32,677 nt of DNA, taken from the NCBI GenBank assembly GCA_026416895.1, contig JAOAEH010000028.1:1-32677 (forward strand). The letters run 5' to 3'. Position 1 is the first letter of the stretch. Each line of letters opens with the position of its first letter. Under the pieces are notes generated by a model that was not told the origin of the DNA, made no database searches, and was given only the letters and a program-made list of their open reading frames with translations. The position numbers were made by a program, and so were the translations under genes. The stretch is from Elusimicrobiales bacterium (GTDB lineage: Bacteria > Elusimicrobiota > Elusimicrobia > Elusimicrobiales > UBA9959). Below are positions 16,518 to 24,896 of the stretch, one piece after another.

Positions 16518-19307
16518 ATGGATAAGACAGAAAATAAATCTTTTTCTCACACTGTTTTTCTTCCAAAAACATCATTTTCTATGAAGGCAAATCTTGTTCA
16601 AAAGGAACCTCAGATTTTGAAATTTTGGCAAGAAAATTTTATTTATAGTAAAATGCTTAAAAAAAGAGAAAACTCTAAAGTTTTTTATCTTCATGATGGC
16701 CCTCCCTACGCTAACGGACATATTCATATAGGACATGCATTGAATAAAATTCTTAAAGATTTTGTAGTTAAATCTTATTCTATTTTGGGTTATAAAACTC
16801 CTTTTATTCCTGGTTGGGATTGTCATGGATTGCCAATAGAACAACAGCTTTTAAAGGAATTGAAGATATCTAAAAAAAATATTAATGATGTTTCGCTATT
16901 TAGAAAAAAAGCAAAAGATTTTGCTTTAAAATTTATAAATATACAAAGAGAAGAATTTAAAAGACTTGGGGTTTTTGGTGATTGGGATAGTCCATATATT
17001 ACGATGTCAAATCAGTATGAAGCTACAATAGTAAGAGCTTTTTTGGAATTGTTGGAAAAAGGATATATTGAGCGTGATAAAAAAACTATATATTGGTGTC
17101 CAATTTGTGAAACTGCTTTGGCAGATGCTGAAGTGGAGTATAAGGATAAAATTTCCCCATCTATATATGTAAAATTTAAAGTTTTATATTCAAAATTTAA
17201 TATTTCAAATTTATATCTTGTAGTATGGACTACGACGCCTTGGACGTTGCCGTCAAATATAGCAGTTGCTTTAAAAGAAGATGAATTTTATTCAATTATT
17301 AAAGTAGATAGACTATGTGAAGAATATCTTATTATAGCAACAAAATTAATTGAGGATTTTTCAAAAAATATAGATTATAGTTTCAAAGAAATAAAGAGAA
17401 TAAAAGGTTTGGATTTTGCAGATTTAGTATATGAAGCTCCATTAATTGAACTTTTAGATGAGTCACATAAATATCCAAGAAAAGTTATTTTTACCGATTT
17501 TGTAGAAATGTCAAGTGGGACTGGTATAGTTCATATAGCACCAGGTCATGGAGAAGAGGATTATCTCGCTTCTAGAAAGTGGAATCTTGAAGTTTTTTGT
17601 CCAGTTGATGAAGCTGGAAAGTTTACAAATGAAATTAAGGATCTTAACGGTAAATTTGTGTTTGAAGCAAACGAAGTTATTATTGAGATGTTAAAGAAAA
17701 AAAATATACTTATAAACTCATCTTCTATTTCACACAGTTATCCTCATTGTTGGAGGTGTAAGCAACCGATTATATTTAGAGCTACGAAACAATGGTTTCT
17801 AAAAATAGATAAAGGTAATTTGAGGGAAAAGCTTATTCAAGAGTGCAATAAAGTTAATTGGATACCATCTCAAGGATATGAAAGAATTACATCTATGATA
17901 AGAGTAAGGCCTGATTGGTGTTTGTCTAGACAGAGATATTGGGGAACACCTATAATTGCTTTTTGGTGTAGAAGATGTGGAAAACTTTTTGATGATTTTA
18001 AAGTTTTATATGCTATTTCTGATAGGATTGCTAAAGAAGGTAGCGATTTTTGGTTTACGGAAACTTCTTCTCAGATTCTTAAAAATTGTCAATGTGAGTG
18101 TGGAAGTAATGATTTTGAAAAAGAAAAAGATATACTTGATGTATGGTTAGATTCTGGAATATCATGGTATGCTGTTTGTAGGAATGTATCAAATGTCTAT
18201 CCAGTAGATCTTTATTTAGAAGGTTCTGATCAACATAGGGGATGGTTTCAGACCTCTCTCATTCCCTCAGTTGCTTTAAATTCAAAAGCACCATATAGGA
18301 CAGTTCTTACTCATGGTTTTGTCCTTGATGAGGATGGAAGGGCTATGCATAAATCATTGGGGAATGTTGTTTCTCCAAATGAGGTTATATCAAAATATGG
18401 TGCAGAGATACTTAGAATGTGGGTTGCTTTAAGTGATTGGAGAGAAGATGTTAGAATATCTGATTCATTACTTTCTGTTCCTATAGATTTATATAGAAAG
18501 ATAAGGAATACTTTTAGGTATTTAATTGGTAGTCTTTCAGATTTTTCCACATCTAAGAAAATAGAAATAGAAAATATGACAGATATTGATAAGTATATAC
18601 TATCTAGATTAACAGATACTGTTGAAGGTATAAAATTAGATTGGCAAAAATATGATTACAAAACTGCAACAAAGAGAATTGTAGATTTCTGTATAATTGA
18701 TCTTTCTTCTTTTTATCTTGATGTTTTAAAAGATAGACTTTATACTTTTCCCCTTAATTCTAAAGAAAGAAGATCTTCTCAAACAGCAATATATGAGATT
18801 TTGAAAGTTTTAAGTGTAGTTTCTGCTCCTATTATATCTTTTACTTGTGAGGAAGTTTGGCAAGTATTTAGAAATGAGGTTGATCCTTCTTTATCAGAAA
18901 GTGTTTTTCTTAATAATTTAGATGATGTTTATAAACCATATAAAAATGTAGAAATAGTTGAGAAATACAATAATATACTTAAAATAAGAGAAAATATATT
19001 AAAAGAGATTGAACTAGTTAGAAAAAGAGGTGAAATAGGTTCTTCTTTAGAATGCAAGATAGTAATAGAAGCTGATGGTGATTTATATTCCTTTATAAAA
19101 TCAAATATTTCTGAAATAACAATGGCATGCATAGTTTCTCAAATAGAAGTTGTTAAAGGTGATTTTAAGATAATGGTTAGGAAGGCGGACGGTAAAAAAT
19201 GTCCTAGATGTTGGCAATGGAGAACTGATATAGGTAAAGATGAGAATTATCCTCAGTTATGTTTAAAGTGTGCAGATGCTATTAAAGAAAATGCTAAATA
19301 TTTTTAA
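16518..19307 (+). CDS. ileS: Isoleucine--tRNA ligase (type 1, with C-terminal zinc finger)
   Basis: HIGH motif (PYANGHIHIGHAL), KMSKS variant (KSLGN), editing-domain WTTTPWTLP, and C-terminal CPRCWQW...CLKC. Confidence 0.97.
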   Translation: MDKTENKSFSHTVFLPKTSFSMKANLVQKEPQILKFWQENFIYSKMLKKRENSKVFYLHDGPPYANGHIHIGHALNKILKDFVVKSYSILGYKTPFIPGWDCHGLPIEQQLLKELKISKKNINDVSLFRKKAKDFALKFINIQREEFKRLGVFGDWDSPYITMSNQYEATIVRAFLELLEKGYIERDKKTIYWCPICETALADAEVEYKDKISPSIYVKFKVLYSKFNISNLYLVVWTTTPWTLPSNIAVALKEDEFYSIIKVDRLCEEYLIIATKLIEDFSKNIDYSFKEIKRIKGLDFADLVYEAPLIELLDESHKYPRKVIFTDFVEMSSGTGIVHIAPGHGEEDYLASRKWNLEVFCPVDEAGKFTNEIKDLNGKFVFEANEVIIEMLKKKNILINSSSISHSYPHCWRCKQPIIFRATKQWFLKIDKGNLREKLIQECNKVNWIPSQGYERITSMIRVRPDWCLSRQRYWGTPIIAFWCRRCGKLFDDFKVLYAISDRIAKEGSDFWFTETSSQILKNCQCECGSNDFEKEKDILDVWLDSGISWYAVCRNVSNVYPVDLYLEGSDQHRGWFQTSLIPSVALNSKAPYRTVLTHGFVLDEDGRAMHKSLGNVVSPNEVISKYGAEILRMWVALSDWREDVRISDSLLSVPIDLYRKIRNTFRYLIGSLSDFSTSKKIEIENMTDIDKYILSRLTDTVEGIKLDWQKYDYKTATKRIVDFCIIDLSSFYLDVLKDRLYTFPLNSKERRSSQTAIYEILKVLSVVSAPIISFTCEEVWQVFRNEVDPSLSESVFLNNLDDVYKPYKNVEIVEKYNNILKIRENILKEIELVRKRGEIGSSLECKIVIEADGDLYSFIKSNISEITMACIVSQIEVVKGDFKIMVRKADGKKCPRCWQWRTDIGKDENYPQLCLKCADAIKENAKYF

Positions 19308-19764
19308 TGATAGAAGATTATTAGGAACCTTAATTGTTGTGTTTGTCTTTTTAATTGATGTTATCTCGAAAAATTATGTTATTAAAAATCCATCATTGTG
19401 GTTTAAATCATACCTTTGTAATTTTATAAATATTCATATTATTGAAAATACTGGAGTTGCTTTTGGTATGTTTAAGGGGCATAATGATTTTTTTATAGTT
19501 TTTAATAGTATAATTCTTTTGTTTCTTTTTTATTTTAAAAGAAATATAAGATCTAATATTTCTTTTTATGGTATTCATTTTATAATAGGGGGAGCTATAG
19601 GAAACATTTTTGATAGAATAAAATATGGATTTGTTATTGATTTTATAGATTTAAGATTTTTTCCTGCAATTTTTAATTTTGCTGACTTTTTTATTACGGT
19701 AGGTATTTTTATGCTTGTAGTGGATGAGTTTTTTTTAAAAAAGGGAGGTTTAGGTGAAAAATAA
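19291..19764 (+). CDS. lspA: Lipoprotein signal peptidase (signal peptidase II)
   Basis: ENTGVAFGMF, GGAIGNIFDR and FNFADFFI (catalytic Asp motifs). The ileS-lspA synteny is conserved. Start is ATG 19291 or 19270. Both overlap the ileS 3' end. Confidence 0.9.
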   Translation: MLNIFNDRRLLGTLIVVFVFLIDVISKNYVIKNPSLWFKSYLCNFINIHIIENTGVAFGMFKGHNDFFIVFNSIILLFLFYFKRNIRSNISFYGIHFIIGGAIGNIFDRIKYGFVIDFIDLRFFPAIFNFADFFITVGIFMLVVDEFFLKKGGLGEK

Positions 19765-19785
19765 GTTTTTTTATTTATTTTTTTG
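19754..19785 (+). other. Out-of-frame lipoprotein signal-peptide start (GTG, MKNKFF...) separated from the TPR frame by one base, spanning two T7 tracts
   Basis: GGGAGG SD at 19743-19748, then GTG at 19754 encoding MKNKFFYLFF in frame +2. T7 runs lie at 19766-19772 and 19778-19784. One extra T in either run joins it to LLSCSQSTEYY..., the TPR frame. Confidence 0.7.
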
Positions 19786-20679
19786 CTTTCTTGTTCTCAG
19801 TCTACGGAATATTATCTTAAAAGGGGAAATTCATTTTTTATTGCAGGAGATTATTATAAAGCAATTAATATTTATACTACAGCTATATTAAAAGATCCAA
19901 CTTATGCAGATGCTTATTTTTATAGGGCTATGGCTTATGAAAGGATAAGCGATAAAACAAAAGCAATTGACGATTATATAAAGACAATTACATATAACCC
20001 CACCTATATTGCTGCTTATAATAATCTCGCATCTATTTATATAGAGTCTTCTTTATATGATAAAGCTCTCTATTATATAGAAAAGTCTCTTGAAATTAAC
20101 TCGTCTTATAGGTATGCTTATTATAATAGAGGTTTAGTATATTATTTTACTAAAAAATATTTAGATGCTATTAAAGATTTTACAAAAGCAATTGAATTAT
20201 CAGAAAAAAAGATGTATATTGCCTATTATTATAGAGCATTATCGTATTTAAAGCTTTCAATGCCGCTTGAAGCTATAAAGGATATAAACTATCTTATAGA
20301 AAAAGGAAATGAAAGTGATGTAATTTATTACACATTGGCAAAAATATTTTATAATACTAATAACTTTAATTCTGCAATAGAGAATATAAATAAAGCTATA
20401 AATATAAAAGAGGATGCTAATTATTATTATCTCAGAGCTAAAATAAATGAAAAGCTTAATGAAATTATTCAAGCGATTGATGATATAAATAAAGCAATAA
20501 AACTTTCAAATTTTTCAAGGGTTAATTACTTTTATTATGCTGCTGATTTATATCTAAAATTAAAAGAATATGCTAATGCTAAAAGATATTGTGATATGGC
20601 TTTAGAAATTGAACCTTCTTCTAAAGGGGAATATGAAATAAGAATTTCAGCTATTAAAAGCAAAACCAAAGTTAAATAA
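19783..20679 (+). CDS. TPR-repeat protein, probably a lipoprotein (N-terminus disrupted or recoded)
   Basis: About 8 TPR units (for example AYFYRAMAYERISDKTKAIDDYIKTITYNP). As sequenced, the ORF can only start at TTG 19783, immediately before the lipobox-like LSC. See the frameshift finding. Confidence 0.85.
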   Translation: MLSCSQSTEYYLKRGNSFFIAGDYYKAINIYTTAILKDPTYADAYFYRAMAYERISDKTKAIDDYIKTITYNPTYIAAYNNLASIYIESSLYDKALYYIEKSLEINSSYRYAYYNRGLVYYFTKKYLDAIKDFTKAIELSEKKMYIAYYYRALSYLKLSMPLEAIKDINYLIEKGNESDVIYYTLAKIFYNTNNFNSAIENINKAINIKEDANYYYLRAKINEKLNEIIQAIDDINKAIKLSNFSRVNYFYYAADLYLKLKEYANAKRYCDMALEIEPSSKGEYEIRISAIKSKTKVK

Positions 20680-20681
20680 AA

Positions 20682-22685
20682 ATGAGTTTAAAAGAAAAAA
20701 TTTTTTCGACAAGAATTGCTATTGAAAAAATTCTGTTTGAAAAAGAAGTAATTTCAGAAAGAAAACTTCAAAAAAAATATTATTATTATCTTTTTTTTGT
20801 TTTTTTTGTTTATTTTTTTGTAAATCTTTTGTATTTTTATTTCAATAGTAACATAATTAGTTATAAGATTTCAAATTTTAACTTTTCTAAGCTTACTTTA
20901 AGTGAGATTTTATTTCATAGTGATTATTTTACTTCTTCTTTTGAAATGCCTTTTTATGCTTTAGTTTTAAAATTAGTTTCTTTAGTGTTTAAACTAAATA
21001 GCTGGACTATTTTTATAATAAATATTTTTGCAAGCATGTTTGGTCTTTTAGGATATTATTTACTTATAGCAAAAACAAGAAATGAGCAGGCAGGATTGAT
21101 TGGTGTTATTGCACTTATTTCTACTCCTTTTTTTATTAATCTTACAAGACAACTATCAAGTAATATATTTTCTTTTGTCTTTTTAGTTTGGAGTTATTAT
21201 TATTATGTTCGTATTAAAACTCAAGTTCAACATAATTCTATTCCATATTTTGTTATTTTTTATTCTCTTGGTTTATTGTCAGATAAGTTTTTTATTTTAT
21301 ATACTCTTCCTTCTTTTTCGTTTATAAGTTTTTTGTTTAATACTGTATATTCAAGCTATATACTTTTAATATTTATTCCTTCTTTTATTATTTCGATTAT
21401 TTTTTATATTAGATTCTTAATTTTGTTTTTAATTAAATATTCTTTTAGTACTGATTTTGTATTAAGATATTTTAATTTTAAAGAGATTTTTCATTTGTAT
21501 TTTAATTATTTTGGTTTGATCCCATTTTTTATTATTTTTCCTTTTTTTATATGGATGATTTTTTCTGTATATAATCCATATATTTGTAAAAAGGAAATAT
21601 TTAAATGGTTTTTTTATCCTCTATTAATTTTTTTTATTGTTTCAATATCTCCTGAAGTTATTGGTTTTACAATTCCAGCAATAGTAATTGGTTTTTCCGT
21701 TATGAGTTTTAGTGCTATAAGAAAGAAATTAGGTTACTTTTTCATGATTTTATTTATTTTGTCTTTTATAAAGGCTTCGCCTTTAGATATTAGAGGATAT
21801 AAATTGTGGGGTGTGATTGATGGTTTTGATGAACATAAAATAGTTAGGCATATTATGTATGCTATTTCTAATGAAGATAATTTAAAAAAAGGTGAAGTTT
21901 ATGTAGCAGTAAAGTTTCATAAAAAAAATATAAATTCTCATTCTTTTGAAGCTTTAAAAGAAAAATATATGCTTAAAAATTTGAAATTTAGAGATTTTGC
22001 TGAAGAGTTTTTGCCTTTTTCATGTTATTTAATTACTGATAAAAAAACAGATGGACTTGAAAGTTTTAATGAAGTTTTTTTTTATAAGGGAGTTTATTTA
22101 CTGAAAAATCCTTTTTGTTTTTATAAGTTTAGTGGGGAATCTTATTTTATACCAAAGATTAAAATTTCGAATATGGAAATTTCTGATATAAATTTTAAAG
22201 TTATTAATAATTTTTCTACAGATGGTGTTAAAGATTTATATGTTGATATTGGTTATTTGGGATATAATGGGATTGATTTTTATGGTATTAAAGGTATATT
22301 TAAAGATGCTATTGTTAATAGCGATAATAAATATTTTATTTCTAATTTTTCAACTTTTGAAATAAAAAGTGTAATAATAAATCAATATTCAATTGAATCA
22401 GTTTTGGAGTCTAAGAAAAAAACTGATATTGAGGTAGTATTTATGAAAAACATTATTAAATTTTTAAAAAATTTTGGTTTTTTTGATTTCGTTATATCTC
22501 TTTCTCCAGAAATTAAAGATAATACTATTTATTTTAGAGCTCTTAATATAAAAATAGGTGATATCAAGTTGGGGGCTTTTTTTTCTGATTTTTTTGTTTT
22601 TAAATTATCATTTGAAAAACTTAATTTTCCTTTAAAGTTTTCAAAAATTTATATTGGGAATGAACTTATTAAATTATCATCATGA
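20682..22685 (+). CDS. GT-C-fold (ArnT/PMT_2-like) membrane glycosyltransferase-like protein with a ~300-aa C-terminal soluble domain
   Basis: The N-terminal ~360 aa have at least 10 TM helices, and the region FYALVLKLVSLVFKLNSWTIFIINIFASMFGLLGYYLLIAK...ALISTPFF is typical of ArnT/PMT_2-like proteins. I do not recognise the C-terminal half. The family call is from pattern only. Confidence 0.55.
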   Translation: MSLKEKIFSTRIAIEKILFEKEVISERKLQKKYYYYLFFVFFVYFFVNLLYFYFNSNIISYKISNFNFSKLTLSEILFHSDYFTSSFEMPFYALVLKLVSLVFKLNSWTIFIINIFASMFGLLGYYLLIAKTRNEQAGLIGVIALISTPFFINLTRQLSSNIFSFVFLVWSYYYYVRIKTQVQHNSIPYFVIFYSLGLLSDKFFILYTLPSFSFISFLFNTVYSSYILLIFIPSFIISIIFYIRFLILFLIKYSFSTDFVLRYFNFKEIFHLYFNYFGLIPFFIIFPFFIWMIFSVYNPYICKKEIFKWFFYPLLIFFIVSISPEVIGFTIPAIVIGFSVMSFSAIRKKLGYFFMILFILSFIKASPLDIRGYKLWGVIDGFDEHKIVRHIMYAISNEDNLKKGEVYVAVKFHKKNINSHSFEALKEKYMLKNLKFRDFAEEFLPFSCYLITDKKTDGLESFNEVFFYKGVYLLKNPFCFYKFSGESYFIPKIKISNMEISDINFKVINNFSTDGVKDLYVDIGYLGYNGIDFYGIKGIFKDAIVNSDNKYFISNFSTFEIKSVIINQYSIESVLESKKKTDIEVVFMKNIIKFLKNFGFFDFVISLSPEIKDNTIYFRALNIKIGDIKLGAFFSDFFVFKLSFEKLNFPLKFSKIYIGNELIKLSS

Positions 22686-22933
22686 AAATTTTTTATGGGT
22701 TTTATTTATTTATTTGTAATTTTTATGAAATAAAAAATTATAGCCGAAACATTTATTTTACTGAGTATAAGCATAGTTATTGTTCATTACATTTTTGTTT
22801 TTATTCTAATGAAACTATTCCTTTAAGAAAATTTACAGGTAAGGCAGAAGAAATTTGTTATTACTTTGTTTCAAATTATAAATTTTCTCTATTAAACTAT
22901 CCATATATAGGAAATAATTCTAATTATGTTTAA
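22682..22933 (+). CDS. Small Tyr/Phe/Cys-rich hypothetical protein (83 aa)
   Basis: ATGA overlap with the upstream gene. An 83-codon stop-free frame is unlikely by chance at this AT content. It contains HSYCSLHFC (H-x2-C-x2-H-x-C). No recognisable family. Confidence 0.45.
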   Translation: MKIFYGFYLFICNFYEIKNYSRNIYFTEYKHSYCSLHFCFYSNETIPLRKFTGKAEEICYYFVSNYKFSLLNYPYIGNNSNYV

Positions 22934-23111
22934 TTTAAGTTCTGAGATGATTTTAGGTAATAATCTGTCGTACCTAGATAATCTTGTTTTATTAGTTTAT
23001 TTTATTATAGCTTATGAGAGTTTTTCACTTTTTGTTAGAGATTTGTTTAAAACTGGTGAACTTAAATTATCTTCATTAAATTATTTGGAAGGGATGTTTT
23101 TTAAAATGTGA
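22926..23111 (+). CDS. Small hypothetical protein with one hydrophobic helix (61 aa)
   Basis: The ATG overlaps the upstream stop by 8 nt. There is a central hydrophobic stretch, LVLLVYFIIAY. No recognisable family. Confidence 0.4.
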   Translation: MFNLSSEMILGNNLSYLDNLVLLVYFIIAYESFSLFVRDLFKTGELKLSSLNYLEGMFFKM

Positions 23112-23126
23112 AAAGTTGTTAAAATA

Positions 23127-24896
23127 ATGGCAATATATAAACTTTTGATATCCCTTGATGAGAGTTATAATAATAAAGTTTATAATTCTATCTATGAGAA
23201 TGTAAGAAAAATGGGAGGGGTAATATCCATAGAGGTTTTTAATTTAAGTGGGGTTATAAAAGTAATTTATGATAATACAGCTGTTACTTATGAAAAGATT
23301 ATTTCAAGAATATTAAGTTTTAATGTTAAAATAGAGAATTATTATATAGAAAACGAACAACATTTTAAACATAGTTATAAATATAATTCATTAGGCTTTA
23401 ATAAGTTAATTTTTTTGATATTGTTTTTTTTGGTTTTTTATTATTCAGATAAATTTTCAACTAATAAATATTTATCTTTTATTATTTATTTTTTTCTTAT
23501 AAGTTGGGTAAGTTATGACTTTATTTTGATAGGGAAACAAGATAAAAGATATACAAAGTTATATTATATTACTGTTTTGTATTTTTTTTCACTTTTTTTA
23601 TATAAATTGATAATCATTTTATTTCCAAATTTGTCTCTTGATGATTTTATAAGTTGGCACATAATAGCTTTCTTTTTATTGATTATAAGTATTGGTTTTC
23701 ACCTTTTTCATTATCTTTTAGCTAAAAATGAAGCTTATCTTGAAAATGTTAGAAGATTTATGCCATCGTTTGTTAATGTAGTAAAGAAAGATAGAATAGA
23801 AAAGGTAAGCATTGATGATTTAATTGAAGATGATATTGTTATATTTAAAAAAGGAGATTTCGTATGTTTGGATTCTTTTGTTGTTTCTGGTAAAGCTTTT
23901 GTTGATGAATCTTTAATTAACGGAAAATTTGGTTTGGTAGAAAAGAAGGAGGGAAGTGATGTTTTATCTGGTTCTTTTGTAATTGATGGAGAAATACAAG
24001 TTAAAGTATTGAAAAGGCCTAAGTTTTCAAATTTTTTTAATATTTTATCTTCTTTGTCAAAGTATTATCAAAAAGGAGTAGATTTTATCTATATTCCTAT
24101 TATTATATTTAGAAAGTATTTGGTTTATATTCCATTTGTAATTTTTTTAATTGTTTTTTTATCTATTAAAAAGTATATAAGTTTTAATGTAATAGAATCG
24201 TTTTTTATTTCCTTTTTCATTGTTTATCCATCTTTGATATGGTTAATTTTTCCTATTTTGTATATGTTTTGCTCTATTTCTAGTGTAAAGAAGGGATTTT
24301 ATATAAGAAATATTAATTCAGTAATACCTATTATTTTTTCAAATACAATTGTTTTTTTCAGTAATAAAAGAATAGATTTACAAACTATTAGAAAACTTAA
24401 AGAAAATGGTTTTGAAACGGTTTTAATTTCAAGTTTTAAAGATAATAAAGAATCTAATTTTGATATTAGTTATTATGAAATTCCATGTGTACAAAAAGAA
24501 GGATTTATAATTAAAATGAAAATGAAAGGAAAAAAAATAATTTCTGTAGGTTATTCTGTTGAAGATCTAGTCGCATTATCAGCTTCTGATGTGTCTGTTA
24601 TTACAGCTTTTCATCCACAGTTATATTCTTTTAATTGTGATGTTGTTCTTTTAAGGGATGAGCCTAATATTATTGTTGACTTAAAAAAATATTCTAGTTT
24701 TATATATAACATAATAAAACAGAACTCTTATTTAGTAATTTTATTTAATTTTTTAATACTCCCTTCTATTCTGGTATTAATTAACATGAATGGTATTTTT
24801 TTACCTATTGATAATTTAGTTTTTTATTTAACAATGTTTATATTTTTTATAATTGTTATAAATTCTGTAAGAATATATTTGTTTTTTAAAAATTAG
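23127..24896 (+). CDS. Degenerate P1B-type (heavy-metal) ATPase homologue lacking catalytic motifs and the N-domain
   Basis: HMA-like N-terminal fold without CxxC. Actuator-domain match (GDFVCLDSFVVSGKAFVDESLINGKFGLVEKKEGSDVLSGSFVIDGEIQVKV). TM6 reads YPSLIWLIFP where CPCALGLATP is expected, and TIVFFSNKR where vvFDKTGT is expected. This runs directly into the second half of the P-domain (LKENGFETVLISS, VGYSVEDLVALSASDVSV, DVVLLRD) and two C-terminal TM helices. Confidence 0.7.
   Translation: MAIYKLLISLDESYNNKVYNSIYENVRKMGGVISIEVFNLSGVIKVIYDNTAVTYEKIISRILSFNVKIENYYIENEQHFKHSYKYNSLGFNKLIFLILFFLVFYYSDKFSTNKYLSFIIYFFLISWVSYDFILIGKQDKRYTKLYYITVLYFFSLFLYKLIIILFPNLSLDDFISWHIIAFFLLIISIGFHLFHYLLAKNEAYLENVRRFMPSFVNVVKKDRIEKVSIDDLIEDDIVIFKKGDFVCLDSFVVSGKAFVDESLINGKFGLVEKKEGSDVLSGSFVIDGEIQVKVLKRPKFSNFFNILSSLSKYYQKGVDFIYIPIIIFRKYLVYIPFVIFLIVFLSIKKYISFNVIESFFISFFIVYPSLIWLIFPILYMFCSISSVKKGFYIRNINSVIPIIFSNTIVFFSNKRIDLQTIRKLKENGFETVLISSFKDNKESNFDISYYEIPCVQKEGFIIKMKMKGKKIISVGYSVEDLVALSASDVSVITAFHPQLYSFNCDVVLLRDEPNIIVDLKKYSSFIYNIIKQNSYLVILFNFLILPSILVLINMNGIFLPIDNLVFYLTMFIFFIIVINSVRIYLFFKN

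Noticed and set aside
22682-23126. A structured ncRNA (RNase P RNA, tmRNA, SRP or 6S RNA) hidden in the poorly annotated stretch between the GT-C-like gene and the ATPase relic.
   Set aside because: The sequence is uniformly AT-rich with no GC-rich helices, and I did not recognise any of the conserved motifs of those RNAs. Two coupled stop-free ORFs explain the region better.
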